Shown: piece after piece, positions 1-12,620 of the stretch
How positions within the stretch are numbered: position 1 is the stretch's first letter
Layout of the letters: each line of letters opens with the position of its first letter
Origin: Glaucostegus cemiculus
Taxonomy: Eukaryota
Direction: 5' to 3'
Assembly: GCA_976551045.1 (NCBI GenBank)
Contig: CDPCPM010000180.1
Location: 31,000,001-31,064,000 of the forward strand
Length of the DNA stretch: 64,000 nt
The notes under the pieces: model-generated
What the model was told of the DNA's origin: nothing
The model's database searches: none
Seen by the model: only the letters and a program-made list of their open reading frames with translations
Made by a program: the position numbers and the translations under genes

Positions 1-929
1 AAAAGTGCTGACTGGTTCCATTGAAATACATGTGAACCCAACCATTATACAGTGCCTGATGGCTGATTTCTCAGCTCCCACTTCAGTCCCAAACTGAAGC
101 CACTTAAGGTTTGTGTGCTGCCACAGAAGCCATAATGGCTCTGTGGATCATTGTTCAAAGATCTTTGAGAGCGTAACAACACCCCAGCAATCTACCCTCC
201 GGCAAATTTCTAGGATTGCAGTGACACCACCCTAAGATGTGACAGTGGTTCCACGAAGCACAGTCCTGGTGCCCCCACTCAGGAGAAGAGCATTTGTGAT
301 CTAGCCATTGCCATCCCACCAGTCCCTTGCTTTTGCCTTTCATCCACCAGTCCAAGCTACATCACTCTTAGTGAGAGGGTGGCATTTGAAGCCAGATCCT
401 CCTGAACTGCTCCTAGACCATCTGCAGACTACTACACTGAAAGCTGTGCCAATTACCAAGGAGCACTCTGTAGTAGCACTGGGACAGGAAACAGTGCACA
501 GAAGGTGAGCACTAAGGCAATGCATTGAGTAATGAATTGTGGTTAGATGTATAAATCTGGTGCAAAATTTCAATGGTATTGTTACTTTGTTATTCTGTCA
601 CCATGGATGCTATAATGATCAGCAATAGAGTGATGTTAAGACAGAAGCCTGTGGAATGGAGAACTAGGATTATGTTCGTTGAAAGGTCAATCTGATCACT
701 TTAATTCATGAATGCCTTGGCGCTAAAAGGCTCCTTGCTGTGTATGATCTCTGCCTCCTTCTCTTCAGCCTCATCTTTTTCTCTTGCTACAAATGTGTGC
801 ACACTCATCAAATGCCATGTTAGAGCCAAATTGGCATCAGTAAAGCCCATATAACAAGCAATACATAGCCAAATTTTGCAGCTTTTATCACTTTACTTTC
901 TGACTTAGTGGGTTGACATAGCAACAATA

Positions 930-1260
930 ACAATTACATTTATATAATGCCTCCAACATACTGGAGTGCCTTCAGGTGCTTAACAGCCGCACAACTGATG
1001 ATCTTCTGAAAGAGAGCCATGGAAAGATGCATTAGGGCAGATGATGTAAGGCTTGTTCAAAGAGATGGGTTTTAGAGTATCCTAAAGGAGGAAACTAAGC
1101 TGAAAGGTTTGAGAGAACAAATTCTGTAGTTAATAGTCTTGGGAGCTGAAACTGCAGATTCTAATGATGGAGAAATTAAAACTAAGGATACACTTGAGAC
1201 CCAAATATGAAGAGCTCAAGAGATCTAGAGAATTTGTAGGACCAAAAGAAGTTGCAAAGA
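930..1260 (-). mobile_element. L2 LINE 3' end remnant
   Basis: Starts with the reverse complement of an L2-type tail (caattacatttatataatgcc) followed by a purine-rich L2 3' body. Confidence 0.5.
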
Positions 1261-1436
1261 AAGTGGGGAATGTCAAGGGCATTTACTCTTGCTACTCCTA
1301 CAGAGCCTTGTTAAGTTTGTGTGTCTGAAAAGGGAAGCTAGAGTAATGATTACCATAAATTATTGAGTTCATATGTCATCAGGATGAGAGCTTGTTGTGT
1401 TTGAGAATATAAGAGTCAAAGTTTTACAGCACTTAC

Positions 1437-1645
1437 ACAGTCTTGGAATTTGTTATGGCACTGCTCCCAGCTGCTGAGTTAATCATTGCTTATGTACAGC
1501 TTGCTGGCATTTCCTGCCACCTCTTCATTTGAGCCTGGGCACCCTTCTGCCACCTCTGATGCAGAGGACGTGTCTCCTGGATTCTATCTCATCCACCAGG
1601 CAGTGCTGAGATTTGCATTGGAGAAATTGCAGGCATGCTCACATG
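1437..1645 (-). pseudogene. Decayed Harbinger/PIF-associated Myb/SANT-like (NAIF1/MSANTD-type) DNA-binding ORF, first exon
   Basis: Manual minus-strand translation across frameshifts and stops gives EHACNFSNANL..LVDEIESRRHVL..GGRRVPRL..WQEM..SWEQCHNKFQD, followed directly by a GTAAGT donor. This fits the Myb_DNA-bind_5-type pattern (RxxNFSxxE...W..I...R.W.QC..KW.D). Confidence 0.7.
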
Positions 1646-2665
1646 CAGCACCTCTGTATCAGCCACTTTAACAGAGAACAACAGCAGTGTTGACACTTGG
1701 TGAAAACCCCCTTCCAGAAGCTCTGATGTTAATTAGTGATGGATCAAATCATAGTAGTAATTTTGGGATCCGCACAGATGGGTACCTAAGGCACTCCTGC
1801 AGATCTTCACTAGAATTGTGATTGTAACCTCTATCAAGGATGCACAGGTACATGTAGATGCAGGTTAACAAAGCTGTACAAGATAGCACTCCTGCCTAGA
1901 AGCAATATAATTTCTAGCCTAAGCTGTTCATGGCTAGTTCATGACAACCCACTACTAATGCAACAGTTCTGGGAAGCAGTCATGCACTATCTCAACACAG
2001 TCTATATGACCAAGTGTTCTTAGAAGATGTGCAGGAAAACATCCCCTAGGTGCTACATATGCAATGAAGAGTACCCATGAGTGTCTGACACTACTGTATA
2101 TGGGTTGTCCATTATTTAATATGGCTGTAAATGACTAAATAATAATTAACTTACTCCAACAACAATAGTAATCCAAGGGCAAATGTAAGCCACGTTTACA
2201 TGAATAGTTCTTCGAGATAATTTTTAACAGATTTAGTTACACCTCGATGTAAGAACACACAAATTTATTTAAAACCTGCCAGCAAGTAGATAGGTCTATC
2301 CTTGGGATAAAAACAGAGGGCTTACGTGTGCCAGAATTTCCGCAGGTTACATTGACCATGTGTTATGCAATGATTCACATATGACATCAGTTTTCACCTT
2401 CACCAAATCCAAAGCAAAATTTTTATTCAGAGATATGGTCTGCACTGTCACTATATTGATAAAATATTTAGTAAGGACCATGGATTTACCATGTGCCTTT
2501 TATTTTTTTTAAATAAAGATTACAAAGTAAGGAATAAGATGTGTATCAGAAAATGTTTCAACTCTTTCCCCTTACATCACTTAAAGCAGACATCAGGTCA
2601 AAACGCCATATCAACAGAATGTTGCTGAGTTTCAACAAGATTAGGAAGGAGTGAATTTAATGCTC

Positions 2666-2847
2666 AGAGTCATAGAGTAATACGTCAAGGATACAGGCCC
2701 TTTGGCCCAACGAGTCCATGCTGACCACGGTGCACACCCAGCTAGTCCTAGTTCCCTGCATTTGGTCCATATCCCTCTTAAGCCCCACCCCTCCATGTGC
2801 TTCTACCCAAGTGCTTCTTAAGTGATACTATTGTACCTGCCTCAACC
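2666..2847 (-). mobile_element. CR1 LINE 3' fragment
   Basis: agagtcatagag tail and aggccctttggcccaac...gtccatgctgacc motif, repeated in many CR1 3' copies in this window. Confidence 0.8.
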
Positions 2848-3429
2848 TCTGAATGCTATGGATGAAGTGATGCTGACTGTTTCATTTGGAGATATAGCAA
2901 TAGCCCAGAATTATTATGAATCGCTCTGTGCAGCCTCATGAAAAAAAAAACTACCAATGAAAGAATGGATCCTCCATGGTAACAAATTGGAAAGTAAATT
3001 ATTTGTATCTGTTCACATGACAATAAAAACTAGTTTGGAAAGAAATACAGATTTTACTACTCAGTCAGATACCATGGCATTCCACACACTGCTAACGAGT
3101 AACAAATAACATCTGTTCCATCTACAATGTGGGCACTCAAACAGCAAACAAAGTTGGTGCTTATTTCATGAATTTTCCACCAACGTTAGATTATGGCATT
3201 GTGAAATAGTCTTTCCCAACCTTTATTTCCAGAACAGGATGATAAGCCATTGTCCATTCTACACTACAATACAAAGTCAAAATCTACTCTGTGATGCAAA
3301 GGAAGTAGCCATGTGAGGGAAACATTCAGCTCCTTGACTCTCTTTCACCAAACAATTAGATCACAACTGAGCTTTACAGAACTCTCAACTAACAAAAATC
3401 TGTCTCAGTCTCAATGCCTCCATTCAGTC

Positions 3430-3880
3430 AGCAGGTGTAATCTGAGATTCCAATGTCCTATTACCTTGCTTCTCTGTCCCACGCTGACTCTCTTGATCAT
3501 CCAACTTGGCATACTACTGCCTTTTGGACTTAACACCAAAATTGACAATTTCACATAATGAGCATTTCCGGTATTCTTGTTACAGACTTCCGACATTAGG
3601 AGTATTAATCTCTGGTCATTTCAAATAGTCATTCTGATTCTCCCATTTCCATCTCCTGCAGTCCAGCTTTTTGTTCTCTTATTTGTCCCATTAACATGCT
3701 CAATTACCCAGCACCCTCATTTCTCTTGCCATGAAGTCTCTCCTGCCTTCCATGTATCCCTCTCCTCTTGCACACTTATCTCCAACAGGTCACCATCCTG
3801 AAACATCATTTCTGTTTCCCTCCCCACAGATGCTGCCTGACTGGCTGAGTATTTACAACATTTTCTGGTTTATTTCTGTC
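3430..3880 (+). mobile_element. Penelope-like element terminal-repeat remnant
   Basis: Pyrimidine-rich tract ending in cagatgctgcctgactggctgagt...cattttctg. The same motif recurs at 13.5, 23.1, 24.3, 43.3 and 53.2 kb and next to the Penelope RT at 20.3-21.1 kb. Confidence 0.5.
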
Positions 3881-3899
3881 TCACTCTTGAAAGACCCAG

Positions 3900-6308
3900 T
3901 CACTGACCTACCAAAGAGAACTGAGGGACTGCTGTGTGCTATGTCTCACCGAAACGTGGTTACACCTGTTTCACCTGACTGTACCATACAACCTGAGGGC
4001 TTCACAATCCACTGAATGGACCGTATAGTGGAGGGGTCTGCTTCTTAATCAATAAATCGTGCTGCTCAGACATGATGGTCCTGACAAGCTCCTGCTCACC
4101 CACCCTGGAATATCTAGTGGTGAGTGTCGACCATACTACCTGCCACAGGAGTTCACTTCAGCTATCCTGATGGCAGTCTACATCCCACCCCAGATGGAAA
4201 AGACGCCTGCACTCAATGAACTGTACTCTGTGGTCAACAGCCTTGAAACAGGAGGCCCTAAGGCCTCCTTCATTATTGCAGGTAACGTCAACCAGGCCGA
4301 CCTTAAGACGTACTACCAGCATGTCTCCTGTCCCAAACACCTTTGACCATTGCTATACGACCATCAAAGATGTCTTCTGAGCCACCTCCCCCATCTCCCC
4401 AACCTTCACTTTGGTAAATCAGATCACCAGCCTGTGCTCCATCTCCCTGCAAACAAACAGAGGCTGAAATGGGAGGATCCAGTACAGAAAGTAGTGTAAT
4501 GCTGGGCTGAGGAAATAGATGAGCTTCTACGTGACCACTTTGAGTCAGTGGACTGAGTCAGTGGACAGCCTACATGAGTATATTACCACCATCATGTACT
4601 TTATCAGCAAGTTTGTTGTGGACTGTGTACCAAAGAGGACAATATAGGTGTTCCCAAACCAGAAACCATGAATGAACCAGGAAATCCACTCTCTACTGAA
4701 GTCAAGGACTGCTGCATTCTAATCAGATGACCCTGACCTTTACAAGAAATCGAGATACGACCTCCATAAAGTTATCAGAGATGCCAAGAGACAATACCAG
4801 TCCCAAATAGAGTCACAGACTAGCCGGCAGTTATAGCAGGGCTTACATGCTATAACAGGCTACAAAACAAAGTCAGGCAGCATCATCAACCACAGCTCAT
4901 CCCTTCCTGATGAGCTTAATGCATTCTATGCATGTTTTGAACAAAAGGGGACCATCCACCCTGACAACCTAAAATGCAACTGAACCCGTGATCACTGTCG
5001 AGGACGTAAGATTAGTCTTCTGGAGAGTGAACCTGCAGAAAGCATCTGGCCCTGGCCAGATGCTTTCTGCAGATAGTGTCCCTGGCCATGTGCTCAGATA
5101 TCGTGCTGATCAGCTGGCAGGGGTATTGCAGATTTATTTAACCTCTCCCTTCTTCATTCTGAGGTTCCCACCTGTTTTAAGAAGACCACTATCATCCTGG
5201 TACCCAAGATAAACAAGGCAACATGCCTTAATGGCTCTGATATCCACCGTCATGAAGTGCTTCGAGGGGCTGGTCATGGCATGCATTAACTCCAGTCTCC
5301 CAGAAAACCTCAACCCACTGCAATTCGCCTACCACCGAAACAGGTCTACAGTGGACACCATCTCTCTGGCCCTATGCTCATCTCTGGAGCATTTGGACAG
5401 TAAAGACACCTAGTTAGACCTAGGACTCCCTCTGCACCTGGATCCTTGACTTTCTTACCAACAGACTGCAATTAGTGAGGATAAGCAACAACACCTCCAT
5501 CATAATAATTCTCAACACTGGTGCCCCACAAGGCTGCATCCTCAGCCATCTACTCTACTCCCTATATACTCATGACTGCATGGCCAGATTCTGCTCCAGC
5601 TCCATCTACAGGTTTGCAAATGATACCACCATAGTGGGCCTTATCTCAAATAATGAGGAGTCAGAGTACAAGTAGACGATAGCGAGCTTAGTGACTTCGT
5701 GTCATGACAACAACCTTTCCCTCAATGTCAGCAAAATAAAAAGAGCTTGTCATTAACTTCAGGAAAGGGGGCAGAGCACAGCATATGGTGCTGAGATGGA
5801 GAGGGTTGAGAGCTTCAAGTTCCTAGGAGTGAACATCACCAATAGCCTGTCCTGGTCCAACCACATGGACGCCACGGCCAAGAAAGCTCACCAGCGCCTC
5901 TACTTCCTCAGGAAGCTAAAGAAATTCAGCATATCCCCTCTGACCTTGGACATTCTCTCTTCTCCCCTCTCCCATCAGACAGAACATACAGGAGCCTAAG
6001 GGCACATACCACCAGGCTTAATGACAGCCTCTATCCCACTGTTATAAAACTATTGAACGGTTCCCTAATAAAATGAGATGGACTCTTGACCTCACAATCT
6101 ACCTTATGACTTTGCACCTTATTGCCTACCTGCACTGCACTTCCTCAGTAGCTGTGACACCTTACTCTGTATTCTGTTATTATTTTTACCCTGTACTACC
6201 TCAATGCACTGTGTAATGAACTGATCTGTATGAATGGTATGCAAGACAAGTTTTTCACTGTACCTCAGTACAAGTGACAATAATAAACCGATACTAATAC
6301 CATTACTA
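3900..6308 (+). mobile_element. Degenerate Rex1/Babar-type LINE (APE endonuclease + RT), multiple stops and frameshifts
   Basis: ORF fragments CRPYYLPQEFTSAILMAVYIPPQ (APE), [39 protein letters not shown] and FKFLGVNIT..KKAHQRLYFLRKL (RT). The 3' UTR ends in aataataaaccgatactaatacc. Confidence 0.9.
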
Positions 6309-7019
6309 CATCCAGAGGTTAAGGAAGATCTGCCTGGAGGTTATTGTTGACATCTAAGACAAATTCTTGATTTTCCCTAAGATTAGAGAAAATAGTTCCA
6401 ATGCAAAGTTGCTTATCCTTAAACCAGCACGTTTGATATAATTGAATGAAATGGTGCCACATAATATGAAATAGCTTTTCAATTCTTACTTGCTGACTCA
6501 CTATTGCAGCAGTAACATCATTGGCATAATGTAGGGATTTTTGATTTCTTATGAAGAAGAGATTGGCTGAGTATGTAAATCAAACAAAATAAATGCTGAA
6601 AGAATATTACAGTTAATATTTGATATTTTAGTGGTTTGCAAATAGGTTTGCAGGAAATATAATTCTTGTTATGGCAATTAACAATCTTATCCTTCAGATT
6701 TATGTCCTACCAATCAGTATTCCTCTGAGTTACATTTTGGAACTGAAGACATCAAATGCGGATAGTATTTAATATGCAGCAACGTTTATAGACTGCAGTC
6801 TTCAGGATGGACAGGCTGAAAGATTGTATGATGTGTTTACAGCAAGATGAAGTCATTGGTTCAGTAGCCACTATTTGGCATTCCAATACATGTGCCAAAT
6901 ATTATTAAGTTTACAAGACCTTTTTGTGGGCCATGTTTTTCACAGCTTCTCCACTCGTTTTAATTAAATATATATACTTCTTGTGCAAACCTGGTAGAAT
7001 TCATATTGTGAGATACAGA

Positions 7020-7300
7020 GTTTGTAATGACTAAATGAAAACCCCAGACTCATGCTCCAGTGAAATAGAACTGTCAGAGGTGTCATTGATCAGATAGGAC
7101 AAATATAAAATAGTTCCTCTCAATGTATTACTGCCTAAAATAGACAGTGAACATCTCAATCAAAGAAGAGCAGGCTGTCCTCTCTGCTTCCTGTCCAACA
7201 TGCTTCCTCACTTTAAAGAAGAATCACTAAAAAAAAGTGATCATTCATATTATTATTTATGGGACATTGCTGCATGCAAAATGGCTGCCACATTGAAATG
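7020..7300 (+). mobile_element. Deu-domain SINE remnant (SacSINE1/AmnSINE-like)
   Basis: Contains aagaagagcagg..ctctctgcttcctgtccaaca..tgatcattcatatt..tatgggacattgctgcatgcaaaatggctgcc, typical of the Deu central domain. Confidence 0.55.
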
Positions 7301-7315
7301 ACTGATGGAAAATTG

Positions 7316-8149
7316 CAAACCCTATATGTGATAGATGCAAATCGAATGTGGCTTCCTTGACACATATGTTCTGGTCCTGCCCTCATTTGGAAAAATATTG
7401 GAAAGACATTTTTAATATTATTTCAAATGTACTGAAGATCGATTTACAACCTCACGCTATTACTGCAATTTTTGGATTACCATGGATAAAGTCTGGCCAT
7501 TTACCTGCTTCTGCTAACCGTATGATTGCTTTTGTTACATTGATGGCCAAACGAGCCATTCTGCTTAAATGGAAGGATCCAATACCCCCCACTACCTTTC
7601 AATGGTTTTCTCAAACTATATCATGTCCTAATTTGGAAAAAATTAGGAGTGGTACTGCTGATTCTTTGCTTAAATTTGAAGATACTTGGAGTCCATTTAT
7701 TCAATACTTTCACATGATGTAGTTTCCCCTTCTATAACTTTTTTTAGTTCAGAGGAACGGAGCTGGCGACATTATATTGCTCTGTTTCTATTGAAAATTT
7801 TAGCCCAGTTTTTTTTTCTTGTTTTGTTTTCCCTTTTTTTAAAAAAAAATTTCTGTTCAATTTACTTTGTATTGTTATAATTTTTTTTTATTATTGATTT
7901 GGGGTTTTTTTGTTCTTTTTTTTTCTAATTATATAATAAATCTTTTTCTTTCCTATCTTTTACATTATACTTATTAACCAAGAGATTGTTGGAACTATTT
8001 CTTTTATATATATCATATTTTATTGCTTTTTTTTAATGATTACCTATGATTGTTACCTGATATCTCTATAATACATGTGTAAACATTGTTGTTATATATA
8101 TTAACCTGTATTGATTTGTTATCAGTAAAAAGATTGAAAAAGAAAGAAA
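7316..8149 (+). mobile_element. 5'-truncated L1/Tx1-clade LINE (C-terminal CCHC/zf-RVT region, T-rich 3' UTR, A-rich tail) with a 9-bp TSD
   Basis: CDRCKSNVASLTHMFWSCPHLEKYWKDIF...AKRAILLKWK...WSPFI in and just upstream of ORF 7348-7722. Tail is aaaaagattgaaaaagaaagaaa. GGAAAATTG is duplicated at 7307-7315 and 8150-8158. Confidence 0.9.
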
Positions 8150-9199
8150 GGAAAATTGTGAGCAGGTTATGTCTAGCCTTGGCTAGGGCTTTCACCTGAT
8201 CAAACTCTTACTCCCATATATGAAGAGGAAATATTCTCTTCTTCATATCTCAGCATGTGTAATGGGCTCATGACCACACAATGCTACACAGCACTCGAGT
8301 ACAAATGGAAACTGAATCTGATGTGTGATGTACATGTACCACAGTTCTTACTGACCCATACATCGGGCACGAGGTGTGGATGCTCACACCTTCAGCATAG
8401 GTAGATCATGATGGCAAATAGAGTTCAATGCTGACTTAACACTGGGACTTCAAAACTGGACCTCAATGATTCAACATATGGAGCACCAAGTGTTTGACAG
8501 CAAAGCCTCTGATGGTTACGCCCTTTAAAGAAATCATTAATCTAGATTAGTGGCTGATTGAATTCCACAATGTTGCTTCAAGTAGTGTTTAAGGCCACCA
8601 GATGTCTTTACAATTCACAAAACCTGCATGGGAGTGGTAGGCCAGCAGTTCACAAGCCTTGTTAGTTTAAAGGATACTCCAGTACCCAAATGCTCCTAGA
8701 CATTGATGCGTTAGTAGCCACATCTCTGACTTCACATGATAAGGGAATAAGGATAGGACACACAGAGAAGGAGAAGCCACCTGAAAATGGTAAAGCACAA
8801 TACACCGTCTAAGTAGGAGACTGCAAAAATTACAGTGGCTATCAATTTTTACATGTTGGGCTCCTTTGTGGCTGGAGCTGAAAATAGAGTACCATATCCT
8901 AATTAACTTTTGCTTGTAGATCACATTTGCTCTCTATTCCAAAAGGGCTAAATACACCTCATTCTCTCTTGCAGCAGAACAAGAGGTAGACCACTGGGCA
9001 TAGCTTCACCAGGAAAGCAGTCTTTCCAATATTACTAATCCAACTGACTAGACACACATTGCTTTGAAGATACTAAATATTAACTCATAGATTTACCACA
9101 GCTGGAAGAGATTCCTTCCCCTCAATGTAGAACTGTGCCTTATGCTGGTTAGTGCTCAGAATCCTGACACAGCACTGTGAAGCATTTTTTTTAAAAAGG

Positions 9200-9445
9200 G
9201 AGATGATGCAGATGTTATCATTAAGGAAGATGAGTGTGAAAAATTGGATGGGATAAACATAGCAAAAGAGGAAGTATTAAGGAGTTTCAGGCCTTTGAAA
9301 TCGACAGGCCCATATGAAATTTATCCCAGGCTCTTAACAGAAGCAAGGGAAGTAATTAAAGCAGCTTAGAGTACAATTTTTCAATCCTCCCTAGCCACAG
9401 GAATGGTGCCAGAGGATTAGAGGCTACTGACATAGACAACCACTT
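9200..9445 (+). mobile_element. CR1 RT N-terminal fragment
   Basis: GP.EIYPRLL.EARE / IFQSSLATGMVPED*R motifs. Confidence 0.7.
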
Positions 9446-10574
9446 TCTAGTTGGGCTATTTGTACTAGGTAAACTGACTGTAAATCAATAAATACAACCC
9501 CAATTCACCTCTCATTAACTGTCTGCAACCACTAGAACAAGAAAGCATACAGTTAACTGCTGTGTTACTGGAACACCCGATATACCTACCAAGCTGTTTT
9601 ATGTATTAATACACAGTTGAAATTGGTCTTTTAATTTTGGCCCCACTGCAGCCAGTATGTGGCAGGTTGCAGAAGGATTAGATAAAATGATTTTGAAGCA
9701 TTGTTTATGCTTCAATTGATGTATTGGCCAAATGGCAGATTTTCACCTTGCATACTCTCCACTCCAAGAACACTTTGCTACCAGGTTACAAAGGCTGGCC
9801 TAGTCCACATCACGATAAGCTTCACTTTTCAGTGTTGCTCCAAACAGACATAAGTGAACAGTACTCTGCAGGACCCAAACCACTGGGATAAGGAACCTCA
9901 GTTTCTTACAACAGAACCTCTGGATTGACTTCAGTGAGCACCTTGTCAGCACTGAGGTCCAATGTCAAACAGTGTGTCTGGTACTTTCTGCAACAGGCAG
10001 GCCAGCAGGTTCTGCTTCTTTGGCCACACTTTCAGGAGATGCCTTGGCTGATGATAATGGAGCTCTGGCAGCTACCATCGACAGCCCGCCACAGGACTGG
10101 AGCTGATCCCAGGACAGATCACAATTGACATGGGAGCATGCAATTGATACTGACCTCAAGCTTTACGGTCGGCGTGAAGGTGCTTGTAGTGCCGAGCAGC
10201 TTTTTGGTGAGTCATAAATGACAGAGCAAATTAACTGATGCAAGACCCAGGAGGATTGAGTAACATTTCCTGTCTTTTCATCCCTCCAGTTTCATCTAAG
10301 CTGCCCTTGGTCTGTGCATAACGAAGGTGCAATAACAGCATTTGGTTGCAGTTCTCTCACCTAATTTAATGCTGTGTGTAACACCTGGTGTAGCCTTACG
10401 CAGTTTTGTTTCTAATTTTTGAGGAGACCAAATTGGAAAGGGTTTCAATGAAAAGTAACAAAAAAATGCCAAATTTTGAAAATCTGTGATGAAAATAGAA
10501 TAAGCTGAAAAGGCACAGCTGGAAGAAAGATAAAATGTTGTTGGATCTTCCCAGCTAAATAACACTTTTGATGT

Positions 10575-10945
10575 ATTTTCTTCTTTGGCAGTCCCTTGGG
10601 ATCAAAGGCAACTAACTTCCACTCCAGTTTGTGGGTTCTGAAGAGGCTGAGGAGACCAATTTGGGAATTCTGACTCTTCCACGGAGGGACCAGCTGAACG
10701 AGGATGGGGTGGTCTGGGTGTATGAGGTGTTTCTGCTCCTTCTCCTCCTCAATGCATTGACTCAATGTGCTTGTACCATCCTGAATACTCCTTCTCCACT
10801 TTGACCAGTCACAGTCCAGAGTTTCCTAGGAGCCATAGAGTCATTAAGCACCTCAAGTCAATCTGTTAAGCAGTGGAAGGAGCAGAGCACCTCACTCACC
10901 CAGACTGCCCCATCCGCGAGCACCTGCTGCATCTGTGGAAGAGTC
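10575..10945 (-). mobile_element. RTE-clade LINE 3' fragment
   Basis: The reverse complement reads WE.L..D..KWRR.I and resembles the plus-strand copy at 30.8-31.1 kb. Confidence 0.6.
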
Positions 10946-10947
10946 GG

Positions 10948-11385
10948 AAACAGGCCCTTCGGCCCAACTTATCCATTCCGACCTATATGCCCATCTAAAC
11001 TAATACTAATTGCCCATGTTTGGCTCATAACCCTCTAAATCTTTCCTATCCATATACCTGTCCAAATGTCTTTTAAATGTTGTTACTGTACCTGCCTCAA
11101 CAACTTTGTCTGACAGCTCATTCCATATAAGCACCTCCCTCTGTGTGAAGAAGTTGCCCCTCAGGTCCCTTTTAAATCTTTCCCCTCTCACCTTAAATCT
11201 ATACCCTCCAGTTTTTGATTCCCTTTCAAAACATAGTGTGCATTCACCCTATCTATGCCCTTCATGATTTTATACATCTCTACGGTCACCCCTCAGTCTC
11301 CTTTGCATCAAGGAATTAAGTCCTGGCCTGCCCAACCTCTCCATATAACTAAACCCTTAAATCCTGACAACATTCTCATAAATCA
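10948..11385 (-). mobile_element. CR1 LINE 3' fragment
   Basis: ORF 11006-11191 reads RGERFKRDLRGNFFTQREVLIWNEL..VVEAGTVTTFKRHLD, the CR1 ORF2 C-terminus. Confidence 0.9.
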
Positions 11386-12009
11386 ATGGGAATGTTGCAT
11401 TTCTTCAAAGAGACTTTGGGCACAGCCTTCAATCTACCTGGTAACCTCTTCCCATGACAGAGATTTGGGATTGGTCATGTGAATAACATGCACTGCCCTG
11501 TGTAGCTGACTAAGTGTAACTAGTGCCTTAATGTTGGTCTAGGAGAGAATACCGATGTTCAATCACTTGTCCGTCCAATGAATTCACAAGATTTTGCAGT
11601 AACAATGTTAGTGGTATTTTTCCAGTGTCTCGAGATGCCTGATGTAGGTAATTCCAAGACTCAGAAGAAACGAAGTCAGGGATCACTGCTATCCAGCAGA
11701 TCATAAATGTTATGTCAGATCTAAGATCCTGATCTTCAGTACTATTTTATCAATTGATCAAAGGCTGTGCTGGCACATTGAAGCTGGTTATTCCTGCCTT
11801 TGGTGAGAGGTGGTTCCTGAGAGATGGGAAGTGGTCTATCTTTTCCATGCACCTTTATTAATACATTTTGTAATGGCTGAAGCCAAATGGCTTTTGAATA
11901 AGTCATTTTATAACTAAATAATTTGTTCTTGTAACAGTTGAGTAATAAATATTGGCCATAGAACAAATCCAAAACATTTTCTTGAACAGTGCTATTTTAC
12001 ATTCACCCT

Positions 12010-12165
12010 AAACAGCCTTAGGTTAAAATCCAAAAGTTGGCAACTCCCAACATAACAGCCCTCTCTCAGTACCACACAGTAATGCAGCTAAGATCGTGTG
12101 CACAAGCTTCTTTGGTGGATTTGAACCCACATCCTCTGATTCAAAAGCACTAAGCTGAGGCTAAT
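12010..12165 (-). mobile_element. tRNA-derived/Deu SINE 5' part
   Basis: The reverse complement carries B-box-like gtgggttcaaatcc followed by a Deu-like segment. Confidence 0.5.
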
Positions 12166-12389
12166 GTTTGTAAAAGGAAATACTAATCAACAAGTTATAC
12201 ACCCTTCATCAGGCCTGGAAACTGAAAGGGAAGAAACCCCCTCCATGAAGTTAAATAAATTGGAGATGAGAGGTGTGAAGTAAAATGTAAAAGTCAATAA
12301 TCACATATTCTGTGTTTTGTTGAGGAGCGATTTCTGGGCAAACAAAGGGTTCTAAATAACAACAAAATAATGCTCAGAAGGAGCATTGA

Positions 12390-12620
12390 TCAAGACCCCG
12401 TTTGTCTCTCAGTTGGATGTAAAAGATCCCACAGCTCCATGCTGAAGAAGAGCAGGTGTGTTCTCCCTGGTGCCATCTTCAATAATTATCCTCCATTCAA
12501 TAACACTTAAACCGATCATCCAAACTTTGATGTCTGTGGGAGCTTCCTCTGCACAGAATTATTTCAGAACTGGCTTTAAGCACTTTGGGAAATTGTAAGA
12601 GAATGAGAGGTGAAATAAAA
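12390..12620 (+). mobile_element. Deu-domain SINE remnant
   Basis: ggatgtaaaagatccca..gaagaagagcagg..ttctccctggtg core. Confidence 0.6.
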
